This document shows positions 1-11,064 of a stretch of DNA of 43,577 nucleotides, piece by piece. The translations under genes and the position numbers were made by a program. The DNA comes from Octopus bimaculoides (taxonomy: Eukaryota): the NCBI RefSeq assembly GCF_001194135.2, contig NC_068992.1, forward strand, positions 63,163,515-63,207,091, read 5' to 3'. Each line of letters starts with the position of its first letter. Positions within the stretch are counted from its first letter, which is position 1. Under the pieces are notes generated by a model, which had not been told where the DNA came from, made no database searches, and was given only the letters and a program-made list of their open reading frames with translations.

Positions 1-2002
1 ATATATATATATATATATATATACTTGCATAGATATATGTATGTGTGTGCGTGCATGTGTGCATATGTGTATGTACATACATACCTATGTATGTATATGT
101 ATATATTTATACATACATATACATACAAAATTCCGTGCTGCATCGTGGAATTAAGGTAGCCATTCACATTTTAAACACCAAAAGGCACAAGTAAAATCGT
201 TACTAAAGGATGCAAATCAGCACCAGCATTGCTAGAAATAAGAATCAAAACAAATCTTGATTGTCTTTTGTCTTAGGTCTACACAGCCAAGGCTCTCCAA
301 GGGCTAAAGAATAACAGATCATTCAACAATGGTACAGTCCTAAGTCTTTACAGCAACTCGGTTTAGTTTCCAGCTGAATGACTTATCCGTTTTATCGAAG
401 GCTTTAATATCCTTGCGACAAGTCGACAGGTAAACATGTATAAGATAGCTAGCCATGCTAGAAATAATAGTAACCAAATCACTTCAAGCCAGACCTTGCT
501 GCGTTATAAAAGAAAGTTTATGTTTGATACTGTGGTCTTGTGTTCACTTTATCGAAGGAAAAGCCACGGATGGAATGTCCCCTGGTATATGTCTGCTCTG
601 TGAGAGCTGACTGGAGACTAAGCACCAACAACAATAATACATTCGGGAAAGGCATTAATGTCACACAAGCTTCATTCAACACCAACACCACCACTACTCT
701 TACCATCTTCATCACCACTCTCTCCAGTATTATCCTAAATAAGTCGATTGAATGGGAAGGCCTCTACGTAATCGTTTGACCTGTTAAAAATAGCAGGTAA
801 TCTCACTGAAATCTCGGTCTACCGTCTTATAAAGGGATTTGTTGAATAATGTATTAATGAAAAAAATGATCACGGCTGGAATGTCTTTAATGATAAGTTT
901 TCTCCTATTAAAGCTGACCTGGGGCTAAACAGCTGCACCAAGAACAATTGTAAGATCCAAAACTTGTTTAGACCTCGTGTCTGCTTAAATGAAGCAATCG
1001 CTAGTCTCTTCCTGTTGTATTTTATCAGTGTAAACAACGACCGGAAGCGGATATAGTATTCCCCTGTATGAAATATAAAAAGAAACTATAAACAAAACTA
1101 AACCACAACACACCAAAACACAAAATAAAATATCACCGGAAACATCTCGAATTAACAAGGGAAGCAATAACCGAACTGCCGAAAGGAGTCACAGTGCGGT
1201 CGTTCGGGCTGCGTGACATCGAGACATAACAGTGAAACATCTCTCAAATTACAATCTACATTCTTTAAATAGAGAACAACACAGTGCCTCAGAGTTTCCT
1301 TTCACCGGTGAATCGCATGTCATATAAAACTACATTATTAAAAGGGAATGAGCTGTTCTCTGATGACGAAAAACAACAGCTGTCAGATAGTCATGCTATA
1401 ATAAGCCAGAACATATTGGGAATGAATCGATACATTAATGTTTCAATTCTTGCTGTTCTGCGTGCCATCATCGTCATGCAGCCCGCTTTTTACAGTTCGT
1501 CGATGACACTACAACAAATGCATTCCCGATTAAGCGTGAGTTCTCAGATGAAGTCATAGCGTTATTTTATGCTGGCTTTGCTATAGCGCTTCCTTAGCAG
1601 AGATACTAGCGAGGTTTAGCATTACCTTCCCGAACTGGAATGCTCTTGGCCCACGAGGAGCTCATCCGTCGTTTGACAGGTCTTGTTTTTAGTCTTCTTG
1701 GGTGTCCAGATACCCTCCTCACAAGAGTGGCAAGCTATTCAAGTGGGGGAGCCTGTTTAGTTACTGACCACTCAACCATGAAGTTGATAGTACTGATTTA
1801 CACGGTACCGGTAGCAGGTCCCATCGGCCTATGGTGAGAGCCCTGACCTGACTGGATTCTCATTAATTATTTTCTGTTTGCATCTCATTAATTATTTTCT
1901 GCTGGACGGACATCAGAATGCATCAGTAAATAATTTGTTCGCTGATTTTTATGAACAAGAGTTCGTGCTCTTGTGAAATTCCTCGATCTAGTTGGGAAGC
2001 TT

Positions 2003-2045
2003 TGACTGAAGAGACAAAATGAGGTCGAAACACCGCAGTGTCTCA
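2003..2045 (+). ncRNA. Type I hammerhead ribozyme, complete catalytic core
   Basis: TGA-CTGAAGA-GAC(aaaatgag)GTC-GAA-ACAC(cgca)GTGT-C^TCA: all core nucleotides present, stem II 3 bp, stem III 4 bp, GUC cleavage triplet (C17 = 2042), stem I 3 bp proximal. Confidence 0.85.
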
Positions 2046-2307
2046 CTGAACCAGTGTGTTAGGAACACATAATCTAAAGGGAGGAGGTATTCTCCAATAG
2101 GAAGTACCAACAGCGATCTGGCATTCATGCGTGGATGTAGCAGCACGTGTTAAAAATCAATAGACACGTTATTATTTGGATTCTCGCAGTTGTGTATGCA
2201 CCTCATTAATTATTATCTGATTGACAGACATCAGCACGTACTAGCAAATAACCTGTTCGCTGACGGCTATCAACAAGAGCCTTTATTCTTGCTAGATGCG
2301 TCGGCCA

Positions 2308-2377
2308 GTGTGATACTTTGACTGAGGAGACACACAATAGGGACGAAACACCACGATGTCTTAAAGTTCCCTTACAC
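2308..2377 (+). ncRNA. Type I hammerhead ribozyme, second copy with weakened stem II
   Basis: CTTTGA-CTGAGGA-gacacacaatagggac-GAA-ACA(ccacga)TGT-C^TTAAAG; stem I 6 bp plus distal helix gtgtga(2308-2313)/ttacac(2372-2377); C17 = 2360. Confidence 0.75.
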
Positions 2378-2883
2378 CAGTGAATCACTTGTGGTATGAA
2401 CATTTTTTGTCTCACAGATGGTGTTCTCTGCTGACGGAAAACAACAGCGATCAGAGGATCACGTTCGAATTTACCAGAACGTATTAGGAATAAGAAGATA
2501 AGTTATTGTATGGATTCTCACTGTTCTGCGTGCAGCCCATGAATTCTTTGAGACGTCTTAATGCGTTATCCATATCGGCGGAACCCATAGATCTGTTGTA
2601 AAGTAATTTATTAGCCCTGTTACCTTAAAACCTTAAAAACAAATTCTCCACATTCCAAAAGGAAGCAACAAAGTTATTTAAAGTGCCACAACAATTTTAG
2701 GGGACCAGGTACGATTTCAGTCGATAAATGCCAAGTCCCATAAACTTTGCAAGACCGACACAGGAAGTGAGAAATAAAAAAATATGTTTATACTATGAAG
2801 ACCTAAATTAATGTTCTTCTTGTGTTCTTCCTCTCATGTAGGACATTCCTCAAATATCAGATTTGAAGACAGACAGCTTACTG

Positions 2884-3215
2884 CCATCATCATCATCATC
2901 ATCACCATCATCATCATTACCTTCATCATCATCATCATTTGCAACATCATCATCATCATCATCATCATTAGCATCATCTCCGTCACCGTCGTTATGAGTG
3001 CCATCCACACCATCATCGTCATCATTATCATCATCACCATCATCATCATCATCATCATCGTCATCATTATCATCATCATCATCATCATTGCAGTCATCAT
3101 TCTCCGCCTCTCTTTCCCCTCCTCCTCCTCCTCATCATCACCATGACCAAAGTCTCCGTCACTGTCAACATAAACGTCATCATCGTCATCGTCATCATCG
3201 TCGCCATCCATCATC
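2884..3215. repeat. Compound (CAT)n/(CAC)n/(CCT)n trinucleotide microsatellite
   Basis: Directly visible; explains the poly-I/S/H/M ORFs. Confidence 0.95.
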
Positions 3216-3623
3216 AACAACACCATCCTTTCTACTGCTGCTATTACTACCGTTTTACCATTACCAGTTCCTAATTACCGTGACAGAACGAATTCAATTA
3301 AAGATAGAATTCCACTGCCAAAGTATACTTTACTTACACGTCCCACCCGCAAACCTCTCTGCCTGTCTACTGATCTCTCTTTTTTCCTCTTCTTCTCCCC
3401 TTCTCTCTCTCTCTCTCTCTCTCTCTCTTCCTTCCCCCTATTCATCTCTCTAATAACTCGCTGCTACCAAATTTGGTGCTACCTCTTCTTCCATAACGTA
3501 AACAATTAGTTTTTGTTGAATGTATATAGGACTTTTACACCAACACACACGCACATATATATACCTACAAACGTACACATACGCACACATGCACACACAC
3601 ATACACACACACACACACAAATG

Positions 3624-3679
<56 letters not shown>

Positions 3680-3907
3680 AACACGTACATACATAAGCAC
3701 ACATGCAAAAACATAAACACACACACACGAACACACACACACATATATATATACATACATATATAATTATAAGCTTAAAGCTTATAATTATTATTATCAT
3801 AATTATTTATATTATTCTTATTCGTCACCGCTTCTCCATAATATATATATATAACAAGTATTCATATATACACGCATATAATGTTTACAGACACACCACT
3901 GCATAAC

Positions 3908-3953
<46 letters not shown>

Positions 3954-4121
3954 AACGCCTACGTGTTAAAGGTAATACCATCTCTGTTCTTCGACCGTTT
4001 TAACTAAGTCTCGTCAATTCTTCACCATTCCTAAAGATCCTCGAAATCAAAACTGCTTGCTTCACGATTCCGTTAAGTCTTCTTTAATTAAATCTACAAA
4101 TACCAACATCGAGAAAAACAA

Positions 4122-4159
<38 letters not shown>

Positions 4160-4867
4160 GTTTATTGACACGGTTCAAAGCCAGCAACTTTGAGATGAGG
4201 GGCTGGTCGATATAAACGACACCCAGTACTTGACTTACTTTCGTTTTTGATTCCATTTGGGAGAAAGGTGTAGTTGATCTCGGTAGGATTTGAACTTAAA
4301 ACGTGAAGTGCCCGAAGAAATACCGTAATCTTATTTTTGCCGACATTTTATCGAGTCTTCCAGCTTGCTGATCTTTAATGATTTTAAATTTAGCCATCGG
4401 CCCCAGCATTGAGTATTACTAAATTTTATCGACACCGAAAATATAAAAAGAAATGTTGCCACTGGCGTGATTTGAACTAACTGCAAAGCCGAGAGAGATT
4501 CTTTTTCCGACGCCCTGTCGATTCTACCTGCAAGCCGCCTGGTCATACGGGTTTCAAATTTTGGCACAAGGCCAGCAAGTTCGTGGAAGGGCGTAAGTCG
4601 ATAACATTGACCTCGTTGCTCAAGTGGTTCTTATTTTATTGAATCAGAAAGGATGAGATGTAAAGTCGACCGCGGCAGCATCTGAACTCAGAATGTAAAG
4701 ACGGACGAAATGCCTTTAAGCATTTTGTCCAGCGTGCTAATGATTCTGCCAGCTCACCGTCTTAAGACGCCTTCTGGTATTGCTTTCCAATAGGTACAAT
4801 TCCAGCAAGTTTCGTGAAAGGGTTTTAGTCGATATCATCTCCCACAGTACTTGACTGGTACTTTATT
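4160..4867 (-). mobile_element. Nest of ~3.5 copies of SINE family 2 (tRNA-like head, central gcctttcatcctttcggggtcgataaa block, (ATT)n tail)
   Basis: Best copy 4550-4768 matches 6628-6838, 15652-15853 and 42414-42600; the minus strand has a B-box-like gagttcaaat. Confidence 0.8.
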
Positions 4868-5985
4868 CTATAATTTTATTTAAAAAACCTGCCATACAAA
4901 AAGTTTACAAAAGACGTTGGCAAGATTATTATACCAGCTTCAAGTGCAAGTAAAGAGAACTTAACAGGGCTATGATACTGCCGATAAATAATGCAGCGTT
5001 AAGAATTGCAATAAAAATTTTGAGAACAAATCTTGAAAAACACTGCTCGTAACTTCTTCCTACCGGTCCTCATCCAACTGGAATTCTGACACGAACCAAA
5101 TCCTAAGTATTTCTTTTAGATGATCGTCGATCTATCCACGCATTAACGCAGTTCAGCAGAGATGTGTGTCTGCATAAATCGAGCTGCAAGAACAAAGAAT
5201 TGTCCGTATGAGTATATGTTTCTATAAAACCCTAATACTTCAGTGTGGTGCCATCTATCGCGATTTCCGTGCTGTTCCATATCATTATTGTGATTTCGTT
5301 GAAGTATATCGACACAGTTCCTTGCATTTCAAGTTGGATGTTCTATCAGTACATCTAGCTTCGGCAGTTGTGGTTCAGGAAGCCAAAACGTAGAGAAACA
5401 TTGAAAGAAAATACACTTCACGGACAGAACGAACCTGAATTTAAAGCAGCTACGTAAAGCCGCCATCTTAGATTGAGCAAATTAGTATTCCCCTATTCTG
5501 ACCACCATAAACGTGGGGCATTCCATGGAGTGGACATCACTCCTTGCGTCCTACTTCTCTTCGGTCTAACCGCAGTACTTGTATTTGTGATTTTATTTTC
5601 TGATACCCAGAGTAATTTACTCCATTTCTTCAGTCTTCATTCAGACGCAAAGCATTCGTATAGCAGGGCTGGTTGTGGTTTATATCCTGTTCTGCATTAG
5701 TTGTGCCTGGGTAACTCAGTGGCAGAGAAGGCGATAGTTCTCCTCGGCACGGCTACTTGTTGCCATTGCTAACTCTTCTTTTGCCCGCAGCCTTCTATCC
5801 TCGTTACCTTCACCTCCTCATCTAGTCAGAAACCTCTCATAATGTCTCTTACTTTCAAACGTATAACAACTGTGCCTTCTACTCTGAACAAGCAAGTGTG
5901 GCTGTATTTCTCTGCCCGGCCTACTAACGATTCTGCCAGCTCGCCGCCTTAATAATTATGATAATAATAATAATAATTATAATAA

Positions 5986-6049
<64 letters not shown>

Positions 6050-6600
6050 GGCCTTGGTGTAGTACCAGGCACTGGCTCTCAAGGCTTCTGATCTAAACTG
6101 ACTGGTAGTGTTATCATGTGCGTGTTTGTATTGGTGTAAAAAGATGGGCTACAGCAAATATTCCGCTCAATAACTCAGATTTGCTTGGCGGTTGTTTGTC
6201 CTTAACCAGTTGTCCCTCGGTGGTTGATGATATGTGCAACTCTGATCACGAACAGAAGTAGTGGAGGAGCATCATAGCCATGTGTTGAGAGGAATTCTTT
6301 GGGGGTTGAATAATTCACCCCTGGAAACATGGGTGTTACGTTCAACATCCTTAAACAAACCTTATTCAGGGACCTTTTTGAACGAGATGTGCCACAAGAA
6401 CTGAAGAAAATTCTAACTGGGTCCCAACTGGAAGGTCATGCGCTTTTTACCTTGATATGAGATTACCATGCCGTGCACATATCGATGTGATGCGTGTGTT
6501 TCATGTACTCTTATCAGATGGGTAGTCATGGTGAATATACTAGGCTTTATATATTTGTACCCCAGGTCACTTTGATGGCATGAACTGCTCTCTCACTCAA
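6050..6600. mobile_element. ~550-bp non-coding interspersed element bounded on both sides by (TAA)n
   Basis: Complex sequence with sharp (TAA)n boundaries at ~6048 and ~6602; recalled as a common Octopus repeat, family not assigned. Confidence 0.45.
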
Positions 6601-6627
6601 TTAATAATAATAATAATAATAATAATA

Positions 6628-6838
6628 ATCTTTTCTACTGGAAGCACAAGGCCTGAAATTTTGAGGTAGAGGACTAGTCGATTAGATCGATCCCAGTGCG
6701 CAACTGGTACTTAATTTATCGACCCCGAAAGGATGAAAGGCAAAGTTGACCTCGGTAACATTTGAAACGTAAAGACGGACGAAATGCCGCTAAGTATTTC
6801 GCCCGGCGTCTAACGATTCTGCCAGCCCACCGCCTTAA
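6628..6838 (-). mobile_element. SINE family 2, near full length, embedded in (TAA)n
   Basis: Similarity to the other in-window copies; flanked by TAA tracts. Confidence 0.85.
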
Positions 6839-6869
6839 TAATAATAATAATTATCATTATCATTATTGT

Positions 6870-6920
<51 letters not shown>

Positions 6921-6921
<1 letters not shown>

Positions 6922-7059
6922 GTTGTGTGGTAAGTAGCTTGCTTACCAACCACATAGTTTCGGGTTCAGTCCCACTGCGTGGCACCTAGGATAAGTGTCT
7001 TCTACTGTAACCTCGGGCCGACCAAAGCCTTGTGAGTGGACAGAAGCTGAAAGAAGCCC

Positions 7060-7105
<46 letters not shown>

Positions 7106-7365
7106 NNNNNNNNNNGTGTGTGTGTGTGTGTGTGTGCGCGCGCGCGTATGTTTGCATGTCTGCTTGTATCCCCCACCATCACTTGACAACCGATGTTGGT
7201 GTGTTTACGCCCCCATATTTTAGCGGTTCGGCAAAAGAGAACAATAGAATAGGCACTAGGCTTACAAAGAATAATTCCTGGGGGTCGACTTGTTCGACTA
7301 AAAGGCGGTGCCCCAGCATGGCCGCAGTCAAATGACTTAAAACAAATAAAAGAATAAAAGAATAA
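6921..7365 (+). mobile_element. SINE family 1, full length (tRNA-like head, internal (TG)n, CR1/L2-like tail)
   Basis: A-box/B-box-like gtgtggtaag...gggttcagtccc, internal microsatellite, tail ggcggtgccccagcatggccgcagtcaaatgac + (aagaata)n; reverse-complement copies at 32497-32945 and 42605-43035. Confidence 0.9.
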
Positions 7366-7718
7366 TAATCGAAGCAGTTGCGCGACGGTTAAAGAATTCG
7401 CAGGATGAGAGAGAGGCCAGGTTTCTACGTTTTCCCACCCCACCCCCCAACCGTCAGTGTCATTAATAATGAATGTCAACTCAAAGCAAAGTGGGAAAAT
7501 AAAACAAGGTGATTAGAAGGGAGCAGATACGTCCCTTTAGTAAATGCTTTGCAAACATTTTAGTGTGTTGAAATAGTTAAAAGCATTTGAGTTGTTTGGT
7601 CGATATATTGATAAGTAAAGAAGACGTTGTTGTTTCTTCTAAACAGCTAAAAAGCCACATTGACTGATGTGTCACGTGTTCGTGTTAAGTCGAGAAGAAT
7701 GGGATCGGTTAGATAGAT

Positions 7719-7781
<63 letters not shown>

Positions 7782-8044
7782 CTGACTAATAGAGACAGTG
7801 TCAGATTACATGATTCGACTATTTGTTAGATTGATTTTTTTGTTTAATTTTCTAAGTCAGGTAATCTCGCCCTGTTTATGATTGACTGTTTAGTGTCAAC
7901 AGAGTCAACAGCTGTTGTCTCCTCCTCTTACCGCCAATCGTTCGTACAGAGAACTAACACGTAGCTTGAACGTTTCAGGGGTGTTTGCTGGAAGAGTAAT
8001 TCTATTGACACAAGTGCGTAAATATAATCTGCTGGAGTGTAATG

Positions 8045-8099
<55 letters not shown>

Positions 8100-8120
8100 C
8101 AACAACAACAACAACAACAA

Positions 8121-8330
8121 TCCTTTCTACTAATGGCACAAGGCCTGAAATTTTGAGGGAGCGGACTAGTCGATTACATTGAGTCCAGTGTTTCACAGGT
8201 GCTTCGTTTATGGACTCCGAAAGGATAAAAACGCAGAGTCAACCTCAACAGAATTTTGAACTCAGATCGTAGCGACGGGCGAAATACCGCAAAGCATTTC
8301 GCCCGGCGTACTAACAATTCTGCCATTCTC
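8121..8330 (-). mobile_element. SINE family 2 copy, head truncated next to an R4-like fragment
   Basis: Matches 6628-6838 up to ctaacaattctgcca. Confidence 0.8.
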
Positions 8331-8331
8331 T

Positions 8332-9189
8332 AGGAATGATTAAAAAAAAGGTACTGAAACCTATTTGAAAATGATACCAGGCTTACCATCCCTACAGGAA
8401 GTGCAAAAAATCGTGTTAACTGGAACGACTCATGTACTGAGAAGAGCATTATCGCTGTGAAAACAACATCCATTCAGGAATTTATTTTTTTTAAATACAT
8501 ATTTTACCTGTGAATTTGCGTGTGTAAACTGGGAATGCATACAATGAGTTTCTCTGCCCTAGGTGTACGGAAAACACTCGGCGAGAAATGGGAGAAAATT
8601 TGAAGAAAGAAGGAAAAAAAACNNNNNNNNNNNNNNNNNNNNNNNNNNNNNNNNNNNNNNNNNNNNNNNNNNNNNNNNNNNNNNNNNNNNNNNNNNNNNN
8701 NNNNNNNNNNNNNNNNNNNNNNNNNNNNNNNNNNNNNNNNNNNNNNNNNNNNNNNNNNNNNNNNNNNNNNNNNNNNNNNNNNNNNNNNNNNNNNNNNNNN
8801 NNNNNNNNNNNNNNNNNNNNNNNNNNNNNNNNNNNNNNNNNNNNNNNNNNNNNNNNNNNNNNNNNNNNNNNNNNNNNNNNNNNNNNNNNNNNNNNNNNNN
8901 NNNNNNNNNNNNNNNNNNNNNNNNNNNNNNNNNNNNNNNNNNNNNNNNNNNNNNNNNNNNNNNNNNNNNNNNNNNNNNNNNNNNNNNNNNNNNNNNNNNT
9001 TAAAACAAACACAATTTTCTTATGGTCTCTCAAACATTCTCTAGAACAACACTATGTACAAATCCAAATATATGGTACCCTAGGCATAACACCTACATAA
9101 ACTTCTAACTTGTCTCTTGAGGTCTCTGGGTGAGACTTGGATCCAACTTGTACAAATGCAAAACAAAAGTCAAACATAATAATAATAAT
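8332..9189 (+). mobile_element. 3' end of a REL-endonuclease non-LTR retrotransposon (R4/Dong-like) spanning an N gap, ending in (TAA)n
   Basis: 8332-8460 encodes (one frameshift) GMIKKGTETYLKMIPGLPSLQEVQKIVLTGTTHVLRRALSL*, resembling the R4-clade C-terminal 'LQK..LLGTAHILRKVL' motif; 3'UTR-like sequence to cataataataataat at ~9189. Confidence 0.75.
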
Positions 9190-9819
9190 GGGAACACCAA
9201 GGCAGATTTTCAAGAAACTATGGTACATCGGAATTTAGACTTAGTAGCAAAAATGTGAAGAATTGCCTCTCCCTTACTCAATAGGAAGCCGTTGCGATGA
9301 CTTGGAGAATATAGGATTTTGGTTCTCATATTTCACAGGGACAGGAATCCGTGGAAGTAATGAGAACGAGCCATTTCACATTCTATGTATGTTTAACTAC
9401 ATGTATGTATATATGTATGCATGTACGTATGTATGTGTGTATGCATCTATGTATGTAGGCATGTTTGTATGTATTTATATATGTATGTATGTATGTACGT
9501 ATGTATGTATATATGTATGTATGTATGTATGTGTGTATGCATGTATGTATATATGTATGTATGCATGTATGTTTGCATTTATGTATGTGCGTATGTATGC
9601 ATAAATGTATGCATGTTTGAATATATGTATGTATATTTGCATACATACATACATACATTGTTGAATAAGAAATAGAATGTCCTTAGTACAGTATTATTTC
9701 TTTGAAAAGATGAATAGGAATGGCTTTTCTGATAATTTTTACACTTTAATAATTGAATGTTTATAAGTTTACAAAAGGTGGCTCTGATAGGAGAAACTGC
9801 TGCCAGAGTCATACATATG

Positions 9820-10360
9820 TATATATCTTATACATAAATGACAATTTCAGTCTATCTGTCTGATCTGTCTATTTGTCTGTCTATTACCATCTTGATGCCT
9901 ACATCAGTGAACCAATCTTGACGAAACTTTGCATACATGTTAAACTAACATTCTGTCGAATTATAGGCTGAATGGATTTCAATAAAAATCTATAATGGAC
10001 CCCCTATGTGGGTGGCTGTAGTACATGTTTACAAATCAATAACACATCTAGTGATATGAATTAAGTAAGGCTTCTGTAAAGCGCAACCATGCACTCTTTC
10101 GTGTAAACAGCATGCGACTTTTGTGAGAACAACTCAGCTTTCCGAAAGAAAAACAAATCTACACGCAGCGCCCGAAAGTCACGCGAAGGTCACATTAAGG
10201 ACACGGTCAACTGCAGGATTCGTGGATAGGACATGAAACAATGTAATGACCAATGACCTCGAAGTTGGTTCACCATGAGATTAATTTGTTGAATTAAATC
10301 CAAATCACCATAGCAGCTTAATCATTTTTATCGCGCAACGCGCGATACGGCCATGCTATG
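9820..10360 (+). mobile_element. Non-autonomous Helitron/Helentron-like (DINE-1/HINE-type) element
   Basis: Degenerate (CTGT/CTAT)n at ~9850-9882, accaatcttgacgaaactttgcatac core, perfect 3' hairpin ATCGCGC-aac-GCGCGAT (10330-10346) followed by a CTAG-like end. Confidence 0.55.
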
Positions 10361-10440
10361 ATAAGCTCCGACACGTGACAACGCCAGCTATGAAACGCAG
10401 ACGATTTGTCAATGTATTTGGAAATCAATCCCTTTATCTA

Positions 10441-10995
10441 ATTTATTTTACTCAGATGCATATTCGTTTGTTAAAATAATAAAGGGACGTTCGTTATTCA
10501 CCCACAAATCGAATTAATAGTTTGTAATACCTATTTTTAGCAATAAACTGTTACCATAAAAGACGTGTTGGGTATAAAGACGGGAATTGAACAGGAAATG
10601 GAATAGGACATGGAACAGTGAAATGGCAAACGGGGAACTGGAAATGACCCCTGCTTGCCCGGTATTACCGGTCGATTCCTTTATTTTACTCAGATGCATA
10701 TTCGTTTGTTAATATAATATAGGGAGATTCTTGTTTCACCTCCTAATCGTATTAATAATCTGTAATACCTATTTTTAGCAATAAACTATTGCCATAAAGG
10801 TTAATAAAATATCTAATACCTTAATTACACCTAGCTGATTTTAAAATTTAAATATTGACATAGGACTGGAGATAAGAATGAGAGCGGAACTAAAATTGGA
10901 ACCAAACAGGAAACGGGATAGGACATAAAACAGTGTAACGGAATGAGAACTGGAAATAACCCTGCTTTTCAGGGTATTAACGGGTAATTCAGCTA

Positions 10996-10997
<2 letters not shown>
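10441..10997 (+). repeat. Head-to-tail duplicate (~240 and ~315 bp) with Helitron-type hairpin ends
   Basis: ttattttactcagatgcatattcgtttgttaa recurs at ~10444 and ~10681; copy 1 ends in hairpin ccggta-t-taccgg, copy 2 ends cgggtaattcagCTAGt before (TA)n. Confidence 0.75.

Positions 10998-11064
<67 letters not shown>

Larger units (their letters stand above)
1271..2540 (+). repeat. Diverged ~318-bp tandem repeat carrying hammerhead ribozyme motifs (retrozyme-like array), interrupted at ~1490-1850
   Basis: Unit start ctcattaattatt(t/a)tctg at 1884 and 2202 (period 318). A partial third copy at ~1271-1485 aligns with 2345-2540 (e.g. agagtttcctttcaccggtgaatc vs aaagttcccttacaccagtgaatc). Confidence 0.85.

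Noticed and set aside
985-1167. 60-aa hydrophobic minus-strand ORF
   Set aside because: TTG start, stop shortly upstream, no splice or homology support; expected by chance in T-rich sequence.
1284-1559. ORF and apparent indel-free 37-codon similarity among the three repeat copies (FSxDxKQQxSxxH...ILxVLRA)
   Set aside because: Two of three copies have in-frame stops, no protein family is recognisable, and the HHR motifs explain the repeat as a non-coding unit.
2811-3453. Poly-I/M/S/H ORFs (also 25655-26207)
   Set aside because: Translations of (CAT)n microsatellites in all frames.
5456-5469. YY1-like AAGATGGCGGC motif on the minus strand as a promoter or start
   Set aside because: Single motif, the ORF ends after 45 codons, and there is no other promoter evidence.
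6401-6430. Other CTGANGA occurrences (1351, 6401, 19838, 29972, 35422, 39629, 42251)
   Set aside because: No stem II/GAAA/stem III arrangement follows.
6921-6990. tRNA genes at SINE heads (also 20768, 27843)
   Set aside because: No complete cloverleaf; each continues into SINE body sequence.
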